Shown in pieces: positions 1 through 14,300 of a DNA stretch of 64,000 nucleotides; within the stretch, counting starts at the first letter, position 1; every line of letters starts with the position of its first letter. The translations under genes were made by a program, and so were the position numbers. The DNA is taken from contig OX597814.1 in assembly GCA_951406725.2 (NCBI GenBank), positions 83,886,001 through 83,950,000 of the forward strand, written 5' to 3'. This DNA comes from Octopus vulgaris. Taxonomy: Eukaryota. The notes beneath the pieces are model-generated. The model ran no database searches and was not told where the DNA came from. It saw only the letters and a program-made list of their open reading frames with translations.

Positions 1-1002
1 CATGCAAGCATAGAAAAATGGGCATTGATATTGATGATGATTTAGTTTATTTCAAGAGCTCCTGTCAAACAAAACTCACTGATCTGCTTTTGAAGAAGTT
101 TCTTTTAATAGCATGTAATTGTCCCTGTGTTTTGTTCTCTCAATTATTGTTTGAGCCTTTTTTGCAATTGGTGGGTTTAAATTTCTGCATTTTATAGTAT
201 CTTTGAACGAAAAAAAAAAAACTGGCTTTTCTATTTGATTTAGAGTTCTTAGGTATTTATTTGAACTCTAATAGAGAAGAAAATTCATCATTTGCATGAA
301 ATACCATTTTGCATTCTTGTGATTCAATTTCCAAAAATATTTTCAGTTCCTATAGAAACTGAAAATTTCTTAACAAATGAGAGGTGACACTGAAATTTAT
401 TTGAAAAAAATCAAAATTTTCACTGAAATTTATTTCAAAAATCAAAATGTAAACAAACCAATGGTTGATTTTTATGTTTTCATGTCATGAGATATAGGAA
501 ACTCTTGTGGATGTAATAGGGTATAATTTGTCATTTTCAATTACATAGTTAGGTATTTTTAATTTTCTGGCACTTTATTCATTGTAAAACACATTTGATC
601 TTTTAACTACTTGTGAAGCATTTTTGCCATCAAATGACATTCTATTACATGGATATAGCTGATTGCATGCTGGAAAGAAAGGGAAATGGTTTATTGGCAG
701 GATTGATAATGACTTGATTATGTGCTTCTTAGTTTGATGATGAGGAAAATTTTAAATTTTACAATAAATGAAATGGCAAAGGATAAGCTATTTAAAGTAA
801 TTTATTCTTTTGCAGCTAATCAATTAGAAGATTCTGATTGTGATTTTTGAAATTTTGCTATAACTATTTGTGTTTATTCTGATGTGCTGCTCTCCTTAAT
901 TATATCTTCTTTTAAAAGGTGTTGAATTTCTTCATAGATAAACTCAGTACCCATTTAAGTCATAGATTTATTGTTAAACCTCAGGCCAACCTTGATTAAT
1001 CA

Positions 1003-1580
1003 CCATCATCACTTAACAAACATTTTCCATGCTGATATGGGTTGGATGGTTTGACAGGAGCTGGCCAGTTTGAAGAGCCACTCAGGCTTCATGTCTGTTT
1101 TGGCATGGTTTCTACAGCTGGATGCACTTCCTAATGCCAACAACCTTATAGAGTGTAGTGGGTACTTTTATGCAGCACTGCCGCAGGTGTGTTTATGTAG
1201 CACCAGTACCCATGAGCCTGTAAAGTTAGGAATGCTCAGCTGGAGGGGGAAATAGCCTGTATTCAAGGACAACCATGCTTTTACTTAGCTTGACATGTCT
1301 TTTCAAGCACAGCAAACTGCCAGATATCTTGGACCCCTGTCATCCCATCTCTGAGTCCCAATGTCTGTAGATCCTTTCTCACCACTTCATTCCATGTCTT
1401 CTTTGGTCTAGCCCTTCCACATATTCCCTCTACTGGCACCTCTTGATGCAACTTTCTTCATTTATACACATCACATGGCCATATTAGTGCAGTCATTTCT
1501 CTTGCACACTACATCTGATGTCTCATATACCCAGTTTTTCTTTCAAATCACTTATTCTCTGTCATGCATTCACACAGACA
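1003..1580 (-). mobile_element. Degraded 3' end of RTE-type LINE (recurrent repeat family)
   Basis: Similar to 9205-9720 (ttttccatgct...gggttggatggtttgac...cttcctaatgccaa...cctttctcaccactt). Confidence 0.6.
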
Positions 1581-2175
1581 TTTGTTGTTGGACTGTTGGT
1601 AATCTTATTCCCCGCCACCCTGTCATGTTTTGAAAGATGTAGTTTCTTTTCATTTCATCAACTATTAGCCTCTGAGTTATAGTGGATAAAAGCATTGGAA
1701 CTTAGATCAAAACAGTGAAAACCCAATGTGAGCACATGTAGATATGCAAAAAGGAAAACAAAAACAAAAAGACCCCACAAAATGAAGGTTAGAAGTTAAA
1801 AAAATATTTTCCATCAGTATTAACAATAACTCATGTCAATTAGTCATGGCACATTTTGGTAATAGTATTAATCAGGTTGAATGACTGTAGAAACTTTCGT
1901 GCTAACTAAACAGTCTTTGATGCTGATGATGGTAGAAAATGTTGCTGTGATTAATAATGTCCAATAAATATCGCAGTAAAAGGATGTTTGAAGAAAAAGT
2001 ATTTATTTGAAAACTCAGAAGATAAAATTGAACTCAGCAATGTTTTATTAACGTATGACTTTTTATCATTTATTGTAGATTAACATCATTTCCTTTTTGT
2101 CTTTATCACTTTGGTAATAAATTATTTCTTTGCTCCTATCATATCTCTAGTGTGATAGCTTCCTTTATCTTTCAG

Positions 2176-2266
2176 CATGAATATGGTAAAAGGACGTCTT
2201 ATGGGACGAAGCTCACTTCGCAGCACAATCATTGGTGTAATTCCAAAGGAGCAAAATGATGACACT
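2176..2266 (+). CDS. LONP2: LONP2 coding exon ([30 protein letters not shown]), Lon N-domain
   Basis: ttcag|C acceptor, ACT|gtaagt donor; resembles LONP2 'SLQSTILGVIP' region. Confidence 0.9.
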
Positions 2267-2318
2267 GTAAGTTGTTTCCATATATGTATGTGTACTTCCA
2301 CTCACTCACTCACACACA

Positions 2319-2358
<40 letters not shown>

Positions 2359-5300
2359 GTGCACTTGTGTACATATCTATGTTTGTATGTATCTAAATAT
2401 GTTTCTGTATTTATGAGTATATTCTTCTGTGTGTGTGTGTGTGTGTTATACATGTCAAGAGCAGAAACATACCTAAATGATTCAGAAGTTCATATTGCAA
2501 TTAGAAAATGTTCAAGTTTCATTGCATTGCATCTTTAGCTTGCAGCTTCTACTATAGTCTTGGATCAACATAACCTTTGTGAGTGAAATTAAGTAGACAG
2601 AAACTGTGTGGAAGCCCACTGGATGAACTGTATGTCAACATGTCAATGTCAGCATTGTTGTGCTCTGTTGCACACTGATTTTGTTTGAGGAATATGTTAG
2701 GAGTACAAGTGTCTGTGGAATATTCAGCTGCATCATACACTATAATTTGATGAATATTTCGGATTATCAAACAGCTGGAATACTCACCGTCAAATTTGAC
2801 AGTGATTCATCCACTTACATGTCAAGGTGTATATTTCTGCATATTTGCTTGCATGTGTATATATGTTTGCATTTATGTTATATGTAAGTCTGTGTTTAAA
2901 ACTTTTTGTATGTTTTTTTTTCTTACTTTTATACAGTCAATTTTTCTATTTTTTTTATGGGAGTTGCATTATGCAAATTTTAACATTAGCATATTACTAA
3001 AAAAATTTTTATGGTTGAATGCCTGTCTTACTATTAACGACTCAACTGTCAAGTAGAAATGGAACCTATTTTCAAATAAATAGAGATTTGAATTGAATTC
3101 ATGTAAGTTTCTTTCATTTTATTTTCCTCTCTATTATGTTTTTTAGGATGAAGATTTAAGCACCCTTCACTCAATTGGAACAGCAGCAGTTGTGGTTCAG
3201 GTAACTGGAACCAACTGGCCTAAACCAGCATATACTCTGTTAGTAACAGGACTGTGTCGGCTGAAAGTGGAGGAACTATTACAAGAGACTCCATACCCTG
3301 TAGCTACTGTCACTCAACTTGACCAGCTGCCTGATAAAGATTTAGGTAAGACAACTGTGCATTTTGTGTTGCTGAATCCGAACATCAGTTTTATTGAACC
3401 ATGTCTTATTCTGTAGTTACTGAATCCTATTTAAGCATAAGGAGAGTCCTTAAGTAAATATAACTAGTTTTTTTGAAGTTGTTTTTGCTTATCTACTACC
3501 TGCACTAATTATGTCATCTTGTTACCTTGGCTTATATGCTATTTAGAATCAGCCTTTAAAAAGTCCTTTCTATTTTGGTCTTGATTACTCATACTTTTAA
3601 CTACTCCATTGCATCTAGTATAGTTGATCCAGTCAGTTTGCTAGACATTTCAGTACATTGGTTGTGTACCCTTTGTATGCAAGGGCTATACAAGATCGAT
3701 TGAGCTTTGTACTCAGACATGTCATTGTGTATTTGAGTTGTCCACTTATTACATGCTTCAGTTTGTCTGATACTTGTAGATTGGTCACAGGTCAGGATAT
3801 GTAGCCTCCCATAATTTGGTATTATATCTTGGAAGAAATTTATCTCACACCCATATAAATCCATGAAACTAGAATTATGTACTATTATGATTATTTTATA
3901 GACATTTACATCATCCTGTAAAACGAAGAACTGTGAGAAAATATTAGGGCATAACCATTATCTTAGTATATTCCTGTAGATAAAGAAAAATAAGCTAATC
4001 ATGTAGCTGTGTGGTAAGAAGCTTTCTTCCCAACCATATGGTTCTGGGTTCAGTCCCACTGTGTGGCACCTTGAGCAAGTGTCTTCTACTATAGCTTCAG
4101 GCCTACCAGAGCCTTGTGAGTGGATTTGGTAGACAGGAACTGAAAGAAGCCCACCATATATATGTGTGTGTGTGTGTCTTTGCATCTGTGTTTGTCCCCC
4201 CCCCCCCACATAACAACTGATGTTGGCGTTTATGTCCCCATAACTTAGCAGTTCAGCAAAAGAAACCGATACAATTAGTACTAATCTTACAAAGAATAAG
4301 TCCTTGGGTTGATTTGTTCAACTAAAAACCCTTTAAGGTGCTGCCCCAGCATAGCTGCAGTCAAATGACTGAAACAAATAAAAGAATAATCCTTCCCAGA
4401 GCATGAGGGTCCATAAGATTAGAGCTCATCTCTGATTTCTGTTGTAAGATATAGATCTAATACTAGACAGGATGTGGGGCCATGGTAAAAATTAAATTGC
4501 ATTGCAAAGCAAGAAACTACACTACCCTTATTATTTACTTAGAGCTCAGTAGATTCTGTCTGTGAGAGTTGAGTGTCTTGCCTAAGGATACAACAATGAC
4601 TTGATATGAATTATCAACCTCTTGGCTTGTTATCTGATACCCTAATAGTTTCACTGTCCTCACATTCTTCGAACATAAGGTCTGTGAATTAAATAACTGC
4701 CTCCACTTATAAACTAATTGTCTGTGGATCACGAAAAACTTGCCTATCGAGATGTATCCTACTTCAAATGTAGTTCCAGTGACTTGACCCTCTTTGAGTT
4801 TATATTAAACATTTACTCTCTTATTTTATTTAAAATTGTTGGAAGGTTATTTTAGATTCTCTGCTAGTTATTTATATCATTCAATGAATACATTTCTTTA
4901 ATCAATGAATGCAATTTTATTCAGTAAACAAATGCAATCTTTGTGTTGATAAATACATTTCTTTAGCATTATAACTATATATTTTGTAGTAGATGAATAT
5001 ATTTATTTAACAAAAATGTAACAGTGAAATGATAAAGGCAGTGTTTTAGTTGATGGTAATTATTCAACTAATCTCTTTATTTGGTAAACAAAGATTTTAT
5101 TCTGACAACATTTCATCATCTGTAAATTAATTTATTCTGTTGCAGATGACAGTTTTATAATGGATAAGGAACTGAAGAAAATGGCTGAAAACTTCCGTGA
5201 ACATGCTGTAGAGCTTGTAGGATTGTTAGATATTTCAACCCCTATTATGGCTAAACTGAAAGTAAGTCATAGAATTCTTAGGCATTTTCTTTTGGTAGTC

Positions 5301-8300
5301 CTATCAATATAATACATTTTACTAGTTTGACCATTGAAAGAGCCTATATATGGATACCTGACATTCAAATTTTTCTGAAGTATTACTTTATGGTCTTAGA
5401 AAAATAAAACCATATTGGATAATGAAATCTGAGATAAACTCTGTGAAAAGTCAGGATAGTCACATCTACAATGCATTTGATATTATTTATCTCTCTCTCT
5501 CTCTGAATCAGCTCTGCTGTGCTTGAGAGAGTGTTGTGGTTGACCACATCTTTAAATCTTTTTCTGGATGAAAGATTAATCTATAGCAGGCAACATTCCC
5601 AAGAGAATTTGTACCTACTCTTGACAGTTAAGTAAATTGAGGCACAGATATAATGAAGTACCTTGACACTGAGACTACTTAAAATACCTAAAGTGGATTG
5701 AACTCAAAGCTTATAAGCTTGTAGTTCATTAACTTATCCATTTGGTCATATGACCTTGATGACAACAATAATTATAATATTTTACATGCTGTTCTTTTTT
5801 TAGTCATTCTAGTTTACTCATCAGTAATTAATATAGAAAATATCCTCTCTCCAAGTAAATTATTGTTAATGCCTATGTTCCAAGCTGGCATTGGTTGGAT
5901 AGTTTGACAGGAATCAACTAGCCTGAAGACTGTGTTGGTCTCCATTGTTTGCTTTGGTAAAGTTTCTATGACTAGATATCCTTCCTAATGCCAACCACTT
6001 TACAGAGTGTACTGAGGGTTTTTTTTTCAGGGCCCAGGCACTATTAATGTTGATTATAGTAGAACATTCTAAAATAAATGTGTTATAAAGTCAATAACTA
6101 TTTCAATTCTGTTCCAGAAAATGTTGGACCAACTACCCAGTCAGCATTTACCTGATGTCTGTGCTGCCATTGTGAAAGCTTCCTATTCAGAGAAGATGCA
6201 AGTTTTAGACGCTGTAGAACTATCTGACCGATTCAAGCGTGCACTTCCTTTGATTGTCAGACAAATTGAGGTAATGATCTGCTTTTGATATTATCACACA
6301 ACATGCAGGTAATGGGCATATTTGAAATAATAAAACATTGAATTGAGCTTTTCTTTTGTAACTAGCTCAGTATATCAGTCTGTTCAAATAATATTAGGGT
6401 CTAGTTTTTAATCCTTATTGTATCAAGAAACTACATCAGTTTACCTAAGTGAAAATAGGATCTTTTTCTATGCCAAAGCATAAGACTTAGCTGTAAGAAG
6501 ATCAAATGTAACTACTTGTGTCCCATCAATACATTAATGTCTCTATTTTCTTAAAACAATCACACTTTGGTGAATATTATTAAAATATATAAGATATTAG
6601 TTTTTGATGTTTATTTCATTCTTCGTTACTTTTATTTATTATATAATTTTGTGTTCCTTATATCCCAGGCTCTTCGCTTGTTGCAAAAAGTTAAGAAGGA
6701 AAAGTTTGAAATTGTCATACGCAAAGAAATGGCTCGTCCGTCTCATTCAAAGAAAATTTTCCGGCGAGTGAGTGAGGATTTTGATGATGGCCAGGAGATC
6801 GATACTGATGAATATGCAGACTTTGAACAAAAAATCAAGTAATGGATCATTTTTATTTTTGGAGATTGTCATTACTAACATTTGTTCGCAATCTATATGA
6901 AATTAACATTTGAACTACCATAATGTGTTTTTACTGTTTTCATGAGATGACCGTAAAGTGGACATCTATTTCCTAGCTCTCTCTGCTGGAGCATGTAGAG
7001 TTATGTGTCTTACCTAAAAATACAAAACAATGGTTCTGTAGTGTGGTGCAAAATATGTAAGTTAGGTATGTATGAAAATCTAGTAAGAGTCCATGTGTGA
7101 AGATGCTATAAATTCAGTGAAGAATTTATATACAGGCTCTATTCTTGTCCACAAGGCTCTATCCTTGGTCATCTTTGTGGCAATCATTTTAGGATTTAGG
7201 ATTAGATAACTTTGGGAACATAATCTGTTGAGAAATTGTAGAAAGGGCACAAAGCTTATAAAAATGGATTTGAGTAAAAAATCTATAGTCATCTAATGCA
7301 GATTAAAAGTAATAATAAATAAGGAAGGATACTACATGTTAGTATATGAATAGTCTTATTTAGTACATAGCTAGGGTTTTGTGAGGATTACTGATGTGTA
7401 TATAGTGTAAACAATAGATATACAAAAGATGTATGTGTTTGTCTGTGGGGTTTCTGGTAAACTTATAGTGAATAACAACTTAAAATGCATCTGATGCTCT
7501 GTGTAGCTAATAGGGGCTGTATTTACACAATGAAGAATATTGTCACTTGTAGAACATAAATTGTATTGGATGAAATGACACTATAGTAGATGGAATATCA
7601 ATAGAGAATTGTCTCACTGTCTTTTTCATTGCTCTAAGATCAACAGTGGGATAGAATGTTGTAGAAATATTTAACTGTTTATGTGAAAATATACACATTT
7701 GTGTAAAACTGTACATATATTCTCCTTGTTGATATGTTTAGTGTGTTACCTAATGAATGTCATAATGTTGCAATCACTGTTACATTATTGTGCAGTTAAT
7801 ATGCCGCTTAAGACTTTTGTTTACATGGGTAAGTCTTTTGTTGTTCTTTAACCCCAAATCAGCTCCAATCCAAAGAAGAAATAAAATTCAGCTGTAACCA
7901 TCCCATTTTTTATTTAGATATTATATATCAAAGACTACATTGTGCCCTTTACTTTCTAATTGTTCCATCAGCCATGTAAATGTTCATTGTTGGCTTGAAA
8001 GGCCTTTTTATTTTTAGGGTAAGGATATATTCAATTACAACTTCCTCTGATACTTACTTGGCTTTGATTTTATTAAGCTCACCCCATCATGCAAATAGTG
8101 TGATTTGTACTCAGAATGTTGAAGACAAAATTAAATAGTTTAAGATAAGTGACCTTTTTAAAAGAAGTACAACATTTGATGGATAAATCATTATTCTGTT
8201 GTAATTTTTTTTTTTGAAGCCTGTTTTTTCAGCTGAATGAGAATTTTAGAAGCATCTCTTTGTGCTTCTTTAAATTGTAATTACTTATTTAAAGTAATTG

Positions 8301-11300
8301 CAATTGTGTTCAAAGTATTGAAATCTGAAGAGATTTCCAGGAAAAAATGTTCTGGTGGTGTACTTATTCTGAAACTCCACTTTTTTTTTACAGTTTTATG
8401 AATAATTATGTTTTGTAGTATGAAATTATGTAGCTTTTTCAACATAGTTGTCAATCACAAAACGATTCTGCTCTTTTGCTCTGTGACATATAATTTGTTA
8501 CTATACAATTTCTACTGTGTCTCTGTATTAATGTTGCACATAACAATGTTAGATTGCTTATTGTATTGTTTTAGACTTGCAAAGATGCCAAAGGGTGCAC
8601 ATAAGGCTGCAATAAAGGAACTGAAGCGGTTTAAGAATATGATGCCTAATATGCCAGAACATGTTATGATCAGGTAAGTTTACACTGGATGTTTTTAGCT
8701 GGTTGCGTGACCAAATAACAGCTCTCTCTCTCTCATTGGCTTGTAACTAGGGCAGTTAATAGAGAGGCTTGATACTTCTTACTTGCTGTGATTCCTGATG
8801 AATTTGACAGCAAATATGTATATTCTTCTATTATATAATAATGGTTGTTGTTTGTTGCTTAGACCCTATGATCAAAAATGCTCCATCTTTGACTGTCCTG
8901 CTTTTGTGTACATTTGTAACTCATTAAGCCCTTCGTTCCTTATGGAATATGAGCCATCAATGACTTTTCTCCACTCTTCTCAATTCTGGCCTATCTTTTC
9001 CCTTTCCCAGGCCTTCTTGATTTTGAATTGTCATCGATGCTTCTGTAACTTTGCTTTTCTAGCCAATCTATTTTTACCCCTGGGAAGAGATGGTTAATAT
9101 TAGTCTGGCTTCTGTCTTTTGACCTGTCAGTGTGGGAGGCCCTAACAAGTGCTTGTGCTCCACTGGCACAACTCTCAGGATCATTGAGGCACACAAGCCA
9201 CTATCATCATTATCACCATTTTTTAACGTCCACTTTCCCATGCTAACGTGTTGAATGGTTTGACATGGAGCTAGCTACTAGGGAGCTGTCCAGACTCTGG
9301 CTGTCTGTTGAAGTATGGTTTCTATGGCTGTATGGCCCTTCCTAACATTAACCACTTAACAATATGCTGGGTGCTTTTTAGACGCCACAACCACAGGTGC
9401 ATTTACATGCCATTGGCACAGGTACATTTACACAGCACTGGCACAGGTGCATTAATGCAGCACTGGCACAGGTGCTTTTTAAGTGACACCAGCACTGAAA
9501 GGACAAGCTTGTATGTGAGGAAGACAGGATTTTACTAATCTGACATGTCTTATCAAGTACAGTAAATTGCCACATCTCCTGGTCGCTTGTCATTTCCACA
9601 GTGAGGCCCAGCATCCGAAGATCCTTTCTCACCACTTTGTCCCATGTCTTCCTGGGTCTACCCCTTCCACAGGTGCCCTCACAGTTAGAGCTCGGCACTT
9701 CTTTATCCACTATGTTGCAACAAGAACTGAACTGTGTGGTGGGGATATGTGCGAGCTTGAAGCATTTGATCACTTTTTGCTTTTGCCAAATTCTCTGTGT
9801 TTGCACTTTAGATCTTGTGCTAAATTAAGTTTGTCATCATCACCTGATTAATTTCCTTCAATAACTCAAAAGGTACTTCTATTGTTAGACTAATTCCCTT
9901 CAACAGCTCAAAAGGCACCTCCATTCATTGGGTTAATTCACTATGTCATCCATGGGCAAACTCCTCCAGAATGCATTTGCAAGAGAGCCTCTCCTGGGAT
10001 GGCATAAACGGTTAGATGGGTAGCTGAAAACAGATTAATATGATCAAATTGGATCTTGAACCAATGACACTGGAATCACATGTTGATGATCTCCTCATCA
10101 AACATCTGTGATTGCTGAGCATGTTTGATTTCTGTTTGTGATACTGTGGAGTCACTGGTTGGATCCAGCTGAACTCATCTTGGGTGAATACGTAGGGGTA
10201 TGATCTGAGTGTGACTAAGTTGCTGTTTTTAGCAGGTTGGGTGACTACATAACAGGTCTCTCTCTCATTGGCTTGTAACTACGATTATTAGTAGAGATGG
10301 TTAACACCTTTTACTTGCTGTGATTTCTGCATATCCTGGCATTAAAACCAAATTGTTCAGGTATTCTCTTTAAGACTAATTGTAAATAGAGAAACTGTAG
10401 AATCCAGTGAAACTAATGATGGTTTGGTGTAGGTAAATAGTGTGTTCAAAATATTTACAGAATGGTATAAATTAGTGAGAACAGAGATTTGATTTTTTGG
10501 AAGGCATCCTTGCCTGAAATCTCAGAACCCACTTCTTCCTCATTGAAAACTAACTATATTACTTAATGACTTAGTGAACTCCTTACAATTAGAGGGCTAA
10601 GGCCTAAATCAAATTTAGCCATCATTACCAGAAATGTGGCACCAGCAAGTCCAAGGACCCAATCTTTGGTGATGTAGCTGCTGTTGCTGCTGATATTGTT
10701 GATAATAGTGGTGATGATGATGATATGATGACTAATGATGATTAATAATGATAATGATGATATAATGATAATAACAATAGGAAAACAGTCTGACTATGGA
10801 AATTTGAAAGTGAAATGGAAAATAGATCAAAACAGGAGGATATAAGTATTACAGATGAGAAAGTGAAAATGATGCTTAAGAAAGTACCAAATTGGAAATC
10901 TTCTGGACTAGATGGCATTCAGGGATTCTGGATTAAAAAACTCTCAAACATGTACAACTATATAGAAATGTTTCCTACTGACCGTACAGAAATTGGAATG
11001 CCAACATCATCATCATGGATGTCAAAAACAAAGACAGTTTTAGTACAGAAGGATCTACTGTAAAAAAAAAAGGTTAAAAAGGAAGGGAATACAGTAATTA
11101 TAGGCCTATAACATGCTTATTGTTACCTTGGAAATTATTAATTGGCCTCAAAGCAGATATGGTATAATATATAGCTGTCTGGAGAATCTCTTGCCAGAGG
11201 AGCAAAAGTGATGTAGAAAGAAGTCAAGGGAACTACTGAAGTCTTATATATCAATAGCATGATGTTTTAAGTGATACTTAATTCTATTGATTCCAAAAGA

Positions 11301-14300
11301 ATCAAAGGCAAATCAAAAGCAACTTTGCTGCCCTAATAATAGTTATAATAATAATAATCGTGTTTAACATAGTTGCAAGTGTACCTATGTTACAGGGCTG
11401 ACCAAGGGCAAAACAATAACAATATCTTGTAATATACTGAGGAGCTCTCGCTCAACTTTAAGAGAAATGGAATATATTAATGTCAACATTATTGACCACA
11501 TGTATCTAACAAATATACTGTGTGTTTGCTGTGGTGGAGATTCCTCTCTCATTGCGCTTGGTGTTAAAACACCTGAAAGTCATGGACAAGCGAGACAATT
11601 CACCCCAGATCCCATTTAGAAGTAATGGACATTGATGTTGCACCATTTTTTGTGGTTTATCAATATAACATACCCAAACCAAATTGGCAGTGAATTATAC
11701 TATCACTACTTTTTTTTCATATTTGAATTAATGTCAACATTTTTCTATTTCAGGAATTATCTGGAACTTATGGTGGAACTTCCTTGGTCAAAAAGCAACA
11801 AGGACACATTGGACATTGTCCAAGCTAGGTGATGTCTGCTTTTACCATTTATTATAGTTCCCTCACTTGAAACTTTCTACTGTTATTGTCTTTCTTTTTA
11901 TTTCTCTCTACCCTATCTCATTCTCCCCCTCTCTTCCTTTTCTATTTTTCTTTCATCTTTCTCTTTATATTTACATTCCTCTTTTCAGTAACTTTTTAAA
12001 ATGTATACTGTTATCATCACTAGTATATTTATTACTATCTTTGCTACAACCACCATCCCATCACCTTCACTATCCTCAGCTTCTTCATAATTATCATTTT
12101 CATAGGTACAGGTGGGGCTGTGTGGTTAACCCTCTGGTGGTGCAGTGGGATATCTTGTGCCCGGGTGATGTTTGTATATGTATATCTTATTACCTTCTAC
12201 AACATTACTAAAAGAGGGGTAAATATTGAGGATCAGTTGTGTTCCATCTACAATGTTTCCAGAAATACTCAACATTGACCAGTTACAGTTTTTTACACCA
12301 TACTCAGTGTTGCAAGAATAAATGCATACAATATATTCATAGCAAACTCTCAAACAGCTATCAGGCACCGAAACTTTCTGAGGGAATGGTGGAGGGCCAT
12401 ATCCATCATTGCAAGACAAACCCATATTTGAGGAAAGACTTGAAAAAGCAGATTCAACATTTCTCAGTATCTAAGGAATTACCTCCAAAACGTCATTGTG
12501 AAGATTCCATGCAAAGATGCTTATTGTGTCCCAGGTCAAAAGATTGTAAGACAAGAAATTGCTGCCAGAAGTGCTGTAAGCCCATCTGCTTGGAACATGC
12601 TATGCACATTTGCATTGATTGCTTTGCTCAGAGTAATGCAAACAATGAGTAAACTATAAATATGAAAGGAGCACTCACCCCATCAAAAAATAGTTTTATT
12701 TTGTTTGACCTTCATTTTCAAAGAATACTCGTTTGTTTTTGGTTGCAGAATGTTTTTTGGTAATATTATTGCTCAAGAACACATATATAAAGTACTAAAA
12801 ATAGTTAAAACTATGAGTTCTCCATACCCCACTGCACTAACCATGAAAAATACAGAATGGCACCTCACCACGGAAGGTTAAGAAGCTTGTTTCCCAACTA
12901 CATGGTTTCAGGTTCAATCCAATTGTGTGGCACCTTGGGCAAGTGTCTTTTACTGTAGTCCAGGGTGACCATAGTTTTGTGAGTAAATTTGGTAGATGAA
13001 AATTGAAAGAAGTCTGTTGCTTTTGTGTGTGTGCACGCACACATGCACACAAGTGTAAAGTATAATTTTGTCTGAGTTTATAAAAATGTTCTTAATGATC
13101 AGTGATGGTCTTCCTCAGTCATGAGTGGACAGCCACCATATGAGTGTGTGTGTGTATACTTGTGTTTCTTTGTCTTGACACTACATGACAGTTGTGAGTG
13201 AGTGTCACTGTCATACAAAAAATGTCATTCATTTTCAACATTTCATGTAATGTCTTGCCATGTAATGTCTTGGAAATAAGTGATGGTTGACAACAGGAAG
13301 GGTATGTGGCTGTAAAAAATCTGCCTCTGTAAACTCCATTTGATCCATGAAAGCATGGAAAAGCAGATGTTAATATGATGGTGATGGTTACAATATAACA
13401 TTTTAAAGAGCTAATAATATTTACATTGTTGCCTTTCTTGTTATGTTTCTGAGATTCTAATGAGAGTTTGATGGGGTCTTTAAGTGTTCATTTATTTTAT
13501 CTTGTAGAAAAGCTCTTGATATAGATCATTATGGTCTGGAAAAAGTAAAGAACCGTGTTCTGGAATACCTAGCTGTACGGCAGCTGAAAAACAGTTTGAA
13601 AGGACCAATCATGTGTTTTGTTGGACCGCCTGGTGTAGGTAAAACCAGTATTGGGCGATCTATTGCACATATCTTAGGAAGGGAATTCCATCGGTGAGAG
13701 CAAAATTTAACATTTTATTTGTTTAAAAAAAAAAAAGAAAACAGGAAAAACAAAGAAAATTTCATTGAATTTTGTTTTAGCCAATACGTTAAAATATATG
13801 TCTTTGCTTTCATCAATGACTTTCTGTTGAAATATTTTATAAGTTGAGAAATAGCGTGATTTTGTTTGGTGATATTCAGTTTATTTCTGATTTTGTTCTT
13901 TGTGTTGAAGGTACACACATACATTGATGCATATACATTTACAAATTTGCACATGTAGTCTGAGACTTACTCATGCATACGTACACATAAGACAAGAATT
14001 TTTCATACTATTAGAGTATGTATAGTTTGAAGCCTGTTCCTACAATGCACAGTAGGTTGAGCAAAACCTTGTGAATGAAATTTGAGAAATGGAAACTGTG
14101 TGGAAACCTGTCATGTGTGTTCTCTTTGCCAAAAGGTTTGCAAGGCACTAGCAGGCCTCAAAAGACATACATGATTACTGCTTTATTTTACTGAACCCTC
14201 ATTTGTCATTCACAAGAGAATCCATCATCACATATATATATATATATATGAAAGAACAAAATCAGTATGCTGAACTAAATATATCCTGTGGTTTTGAGTT

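Noticed and set aside
1-2175. Search for LONP2 first exon or promoter
   Set aside because: No segment resembling the N-terminal LPLL...VLLPG motif and no CpG-rich promoter; exon 2176 starts mid-codon, so the start is upstream of the window.
2177-2179. ATG as LONP2 start codon
   Set aside because: It directly follows a strong polypyrimidine-CAG acceptor and would omit the conserved start of the Lon N-domain.
4001-4075. tRNA gene
   Set aside because: A/B-box-like head belongs to a multi-copy SINE; no complete cloverleaf.
12239-12652. Independent zinc-finger gene
   Set aside because: It is the C-terminus of a piggyBac transposase within TTAA-flanked termini, and the upstream part is frameshifted.
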